From: a candidate division WOR-3 bacterium
GTDB taxonomy: Bacteria; Hydrothermota; Tepidihabitantia; Tepidihabitantales; JAOUPE01
Assembly (NCBI GenBank): GCA_039801565.1
Contig: JBDRUX010000040.1
Location: 1-20,357, forward strand
Reading direction: 5' to 3'
DNA: 20,357 nucleotides
Part shown: positions 16,534 through 20,357 of the stretch, piece after piece
Layout: each line of letters starts with the position of its first letter
How positions within the stretch are numbered: the stretch's first letter is position 1
Translations under genes and position numbers: made by a program
The notes under the pieces: model-generated
Told to the model about the DNA's origin: nothing
Database searches by the model: none
Seen by the model: the letters and a program-made list of their open reading frames with translations, nothing else

Positions 16534-19500
16534 ATAATTTATCTAACTTCTTCTGTAGCTCTATTGTTAATTTTATTGCTTTGGCGATCTTGAGGTAGTG
16601 GTTGATTTCATCTAAAGATAGTTTGCGGTCTTTTCGGTCTTTTAAATATTTCTCCATAACTTGATAAGCACCAATTTTATATTCCCAAACTTCTCCTGAA
16701 ACACCTTCAAAATATTGTTCTTTATTGATGAAGACTCGCTTATTTTCTTCATCATATCTTACTTTTTCTACCTTATTAGAACCGCTTTTCGGAAAACCGA
16801 CATCGGTCTTTTCTAAAGATTTATGTCTTAAAAGATGCAAATCAACTAATTCTTTTCCAATCTTACTAAATTCTTTAAATGAATTATAATCTTTTGGCAA
16901 AGGAATTCTTGGAAAATCTATCTTCAAAAACTCTTCATATCTTTTACGATAGGTTGGAGAATAAAGAATAGCATAAATATAATAAAAAATCTCTTCGGGA
17001 GTGAATTTTTTACCGATGGATTCTTTTACGGCGTTCAGAAATTCATCGGTGAAATTGGGTATGAATTTTGCCTTGTCTTCTTTTTTATCAAACAATTCAT
17101 CGGGATAGAGGAAGAGGGGAAAGAAATAGGTACGTTCCTTTGTTATATTCGAAACATATGTGTTATCACCTACACTTCGAGAAACAAAAGCGTGTCTAAA
17201 TGGTACTTTTGCTAATATCTTATTGGTGCATAAGGCAATATTATTTTGCAATAGGTGCCTCATAAGATTTCGCCTGTCTCGTTCAATTAAAATCGGTTCG
17301 TAACAAATAAATCTTTCGTCAAAGGGTCGGTAAGCATAGGGATAAATTTTATCTTCGAGTTTTAAACCTTTCGTCTTTTGCCTTGCTTCATGTAAATTCC
17401 AAGTTGCGGTATCTTTAAGATTCAAATTTTGGCTAAGCAAATCATCGGATAAATTTCCAGCGAAGACTCGTAGTCTTTGGACAATTTCTTCCTTTTTAAA
17501 TCCTATTACAAAGTGGTCTCGTGAAGTCGTTACGCCGAATGACCACTCCTTAAATACTTCGGTTATTTTCCAGAACTTATTATACTCTTCTTGAAGGGCA
17601 AAATCTTTAGGAACAAAGAAGTAATAAGGGACAATCGGTTCGAGTTTTTGCCATTTGGTTAGTTTGACATCGTTTTTGAAAAGGTATTGATACTTTTCTT
17701 CTCTTAACCCCCAAACATCTTGATAAAATACTTTTTTGTCTTTAAGCGGTTTTTCAAATTTCACATATAAGGCTATGGCAACACCTTGCTGAATATCAAA
17801 GACATTTTCGTCTTTTCCGCCGTCTGGTGTCTTTTCGCCAATTCTTGAAGAACCGTGAAGATTTAAAATATAAATCTCGTCAAATGTCTCTAATAGTTTT
17901 TGGCGCATTCCCCGATGAATTATTCCAGAAAGATAAGCATTATTAGTAATAATCCCGACAATTCCTTTTCCAGCTTGGGTGATTTTCCAATGGGCAAAAC
18001 GAATAAATTTTATATAATCATCGGAAAGGGGTTGAATATTCCTTTCATCCCGCACCGCTTCTTTATAATCATTCATTAACTGTTCAATAAATACCGATTT
18101 ATTCTCGGAACTAACCGAATAGGGCGGATTGCCAAGTACTACTAAAATCGGAATCTTTTCTTTTATCCGCTTTGCCTCCTGCCCTTCTTTGGTGAGATTA
18201 GTAAGCACTGATAATTGTTTTGGCTCTTTCATCTCTAAGGTATTGGTTAGATAGAATTGAAATCGCTTATCTTTGGATAATTTGTAGCCCATCTCTTCCA
18301 AAATCATTGAGACTTTGAAATGTCCGATAGTATAGGGTGCAACCAAGATTTCAAAGGCATAAAAGTTCTGAAGGATATGTTCTTCAATATAAGATTTTAG
18401 TAATCCTTCTTTACGTTTTTCCTTTAGTTCGTTTTCGACCTGTTTTATCGCTTGAACCACAAAAGTTAAAGTGCCGGCAGCAGGGTCTAAAAGGGTTATA
18501 TCCCTGGTTGCCAAGCCTTCTTCTTTATTAAACTTTTCTTTCAGCAGTTTATGAATTGACCGAACAATATAAGAGACGACCGGCAAAGGCGTATAATAGA
18601 CGCCAAGCCTTTGCCTTTCTTCAGGATTATAGGTAGCAAGAAAAGTTTCGTAGAAATGGATTACCGGGTCTTCTTCCCATCTTGTAACCTTGAACTCATT
18701 AAGAATTGATTTTATATCGGCTTTTTCTAAAACCTGACTAATATCATCAACCACCCAGGATAAACTTTCCGGGAAATTGGGTCCGGTAAAAGAGTAGAAA
18801 ATTTCTCTTAATAAGGGCAAACTTTCCGGAATTGATTTCCAGGCGGTTTCTTTGGCAAAACCATTTGGTGTTCCCATCCTTGCCGAGAATAGACCATAAG
18901 TTATGGTCTGGGCATAAAGGTCGGCAAAATGCCCTTTGGTTAAGGTTTCGATTAATTCTTCTCGAAAGGCACTGTAGAATCGGATTATCTCTTCGTTACC
19001 TTTTTGTAACTCATCAAGTAAAATATATTCGAGAAATCTTGTGCGTCTTGCCAATTCAAGCGAAAGTTGAGCAGAGGTCTTTATCTCGGGTATTGAGAAA
19101 TCAAAGAAATTCCCCAAGAGTTCTTCAAAGGCACCAATATTTTCTGGTGTTGGCGGACAACGTAAATCCTTTAAGGTGAACTGCCGACCAATTGTAACTT
19201 TTGATATGAGATTGTTATGACGATAGAGCCGAAATTCTAAGAAATTGGTTAGAATTAGATTAGGGAAAGATTCCTTATACCTTTTTAATTGTTCGGAATC
19301 TTCGATTGAATCAAGATTGGTATCAGGTGTTTTGGCTTCAATATAACCAATAATCTCACCATTGCGGCGAATTAAGAAATCGGGTATTCCGGCTTCAGTC
19401 TTTTTAGGTAAGACAATAACACCAGCAAGGTTTTCGGCTAAAGAGGCATATTTTTCAAATAAATCTTTTAGGGCAGGATAAAAACTACCTTCAGAAAAAC

Positions 19501-19570
19501 TACGGCTAGTAAATATATTATAAATCTCATTAAAATAAAGACTTATTTCTTTAGCTAAAGCCTTTCGCAT
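16517..19570 (-). CDS. Single-polypeptide restriction-modification enzyme: N-terminal nuclease, N6-adenine methyltransferase and Type ISP/LlaBIII-like target-recognition domain, no helicase
   Basis: GIPDFLIRRNGEIIGYIEAK nuclease motif; LTNFLEFRLY; FADLYAQTITYGLF; HFYETFLATYNPEERQRLGVYYTP; motif I LLDPAAGTLTF; motif IV GNPPY; YAYRPFD; IFYYIYAILYSPTYRKRYEEFLKIDFPRIP; WEYKIGAYQVMEKYLKDRK. Confidence 0.9.
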   Translation of the reverse strand: MRKALAKEISLYFNEIYNIFTSRSFSEGSFYPALKDLFEKYASLAENLAGVIVLPKKTEAGIPDFLIRRNGEIIGYIEAKTPDTNLDSIEDSEQLKRYKESFPNLILTNFLEFRLYRHNNLISKVTIGRQFTLKDLRCPPTPENIGAFEELLGNFFDFSIPEIKTSAQLSLELARRTRFLEYILLDELQKGNEEIIRFYSAFREELIETLTKGHFADLYAQTITYGLFSARMGTPNGFAKETAWKSIPESLPLLREIFYSFTGPNFPESLSWVVDDISQVLEKADIKSILNEFKVTRWEEDPVIHFYETFLATYNPEERQRLGVYYTPLPVVSYIVRSIHKLLKEKFNKEEGLATRDITLLDPAAGTLTFVVQAIKQVENELKEKRKEGLLKSYIEEHILQNFYAFEILVAPYTIGHFKVSMILEEMGYKLSKDKRFQFYLTNTLEMKEPKQLSVLTNLTKEGQEAKRIKEKIPILVVLGNPPYSVSSENKSVFIEQLMNDYKEAVRDERNIQPLSDDYIKFIRFAHWKITQAGKGIVGIITNNAYLSGIIHRGMRQKLLETFDEIYILNLHGSSRIGEKTPDGGKDENVFDIQQGVAIALYVKFEKPLKDKKVFYQDVWGLREEKYQYLFKNDVKLTKWQKLEPIVPYYFFVPKDFALQEEYNKFWKITEVFKEWSFGVTTSRDHFVIGFKKEEIVQRLRVFAGNLSDDLLSQNLNLKDTATWNLHEARQKTKGLKLEDKIYPYAYRPFDERFICYEPILIERDRRNLMRHLLQNNIALCTNKILAKVPFRHAFVSRSVGDNTYVSNITKERTYFFPLFLYPDELFDKKEDKAKFIPNFTDEFLNAVKESIGKKFTPEEIFYYIYAILYSPTYRKRYEEFLKIDFPRIPLPKDYNSFKEFSKIGKELVDLHLLRHKSLEKTDVGFPKSGSNKVEKVRYDEENKRVFINKEQYFEGVSGEVWEYKIGAYQVMEKYLKDRKDRKLSLDEINHYLKIAKAIKLTIELQKKLDKLYADNL

Positions 19571-19578
19571 TTTAAATG

Positions 19579-19606
19579 ATTTTAATGCATATCCATCTTA
19601 AGTCAA
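19579..19606 (-). promoter_or_regulatory. Sigma70-type promoter TTGACT-N16-TAAAAT, 8 nt upstream of the R-M start codon
   Basis: Minus strand TTGACT taagatggatatgcat TAAAAT catttaaa ATG; no SD. Confidence 0.65.
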
Positions 19607-19731
19607 GATATCGGCGGGGAGAAAATACCCTTTTCAGTTCCCGACCAAAAACTTTTCGGTCTATTTGTTTTAAGAGAAAAAAGTGACATTTTGACTGTTC
19701 ACTTTAAATAGATTCTATCTTGCTGAATATT

Positions 19732-19757
19732 ATTATCTATTATAATTATCTATTATA
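19732..19757. repeat. Tandem duplication of the AT-rich 13-mer ATTATCTATTATA
   Basis: Exact copies at 19732-19744 and 19745-19757. Confidence 0.6.
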
Positions 19758-19792
19758 TAAAAATATCATAATCAACTAATTTTGGTTTCTTT

Positions 19793-20002
19793 TTACGGTT
19801 GATTATTGAAGTGCTGACAGAGTCTTTCCAGTTCTTCGGCGCATTTAAGACCAGCAATCACCGCTTCAATTTCACCAGGATAATAGCCACTATGGAGACC
19901 AGCAATCGTAAAACTCCAGCCACCCCGTTTGCCCGGAGTTTCGTCCATAACTTCAACTCCTGCCTTCTTGAGCGCATTTTCAATATCCGACCTTTTGATC
20001 AT
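19793..20002 (-). CDS. Small hypothetical protein (69 aa)
   Basis: SD AAAGGAG before ATG 20002 (MIKRSDIENALKKAGVEVMDETPGKRGGWSFTIAGLHSGYYPGEIEAVIAGLKCAEELERL...); has its own promoter upstream. Confidence 0.7.
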   Translation of the reverse strand: MIKRSDIENALKKAGVEVMDETPGKRGGWSFTIAGLHSGYYPGEIEAVIAGLKCAEELERLCQHFNNQP

Positions 20003-20024
20003 CGCCTTCTCCTTTCTCTTCGAC

Positions 20025-20053
20025 ATTTTAAAGAAACCAATGCGGTTCGTCAA
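20025..20053 (-). promoter_or_regulatory. Sigma70-type promoter TTGACG-N17-TAAAAT for the 69-aa gene
   Basis: Minus strand TTGACG aaccgcattggtttctt TAAAAT followed by the SD. Confidence 0.55.
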
Positions 20054-20132
20054 TAATTTTAACTACTTTCAGATAACGCGAAGCAGGAGCAAAGCCGAAT
20101 TCTTAAGAATTTTATTGATTCGCTTTAGCATC

Positions 20133-20160
20133 TTGACCGAAAGGAAATTTGCTATATCAT
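20133..20160 (+). promoter_or_regulatory. Sigma70-type promoter TTGACC-N16-TATCAT, 8 nt upstream of the glycosyltransferase ATG
   Basis: TTGACC gaaaggaaatttgcta TATCAT aaggtctt ATG. Confidence 0.6.
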
Positions 20161-20168
20161 AAGGTCTT

Positions 20169-20357
20169 ATGAAAATATTAGTTATCAACTGGCGGGATAT
20201 TAAGAATCCTTTAGCTGGTGGTGCCGAAGTCTATTTTCAAGAAATATTTAAACGCATCGCCGCTATGGGTAATACGGTTCACCTGCTCTGCGTCAAATTT
20301 CCGAACGCTAAAGAATTTGAAACAATTGATAATATTCAAATTAGACGCATCGGTGGT
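20169..20357 (+). CDS. Glycosyltransferase family 4 protein (5' partial, not in the ORF track)
   Basis: MKILVINWRDIKNPLAGGAEVYFQEIFKRIAAMGNTVHLLCVKFPNAKEFETIDNIQIRRIGG; the W-R-D-x-x-N-P-x-A-G-G-A-E motif is typical of GT4 N-termini. Confidence 0.88.
   Translation, partial: MKILVINWRDIKNPLAGGAEVYFQEIFKRIAAMGNTVHLLCVKFPNAKEFETIDNIQIRRIGG

Noticed and set aside
806..19179. Many short ORFs in the track overlapping or antisense to long genes (e.g. 806-1099, 2886-3242, 5987-6322, 11658-11984, 18832-19179)
   Set aside because: Shadow frames of well-supported CDSs, with no SD or protein motifs.
19724..19770. oriC DNA-unwinding element (AT-rich 13-mers)
   Set aside because: I saw no DnaA boxes (TTATCCACA) nearby and no dnaA or other replication genes.
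19799..20162. + strand ORFs 19799-20056 and 19929-20162
   Set aside because: Antisense to the 69-aa gene that has a promoter and SD, and they overlap promoter sequences.

Overview
AT-rich bacterial window, probably from an FCB-group lineage such as candidate division WOR-3. This is inferred from the FlgD/T9SS-type C-terminal domains and the 'KGNNTLEFW' Kelch-like repeats. Left to right it holds: the 3' end of an unknown gene, a putative outer-membrane protein, rimI, a gingipain-like C25 peptidase, a decayed and internally deleted tolB remnant, a class I SAM methyltransferase, an FG-GAP/VCBS secreted protein, a UbiA-family prenyltransferase lacking a canonical start, and a large BNR/VPS10 + Kelch-like secreted protein. 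These are followed by an unexplained GC-rich, indel-free array of degenerate 12-bp units, a defence-like cassette (helicase-less Type ISP/IIG-like restriction-modification enzyme plus a PD-(D/E)XK-like gene split at an A7 tract), a small hypothetical gene, and the 5' end of a GT4 glycosyltransferase. Eight TTGAC-type sigma70 promoters are visible, six with 16-bp spacers, and three of them imply leaderless mRNAs.
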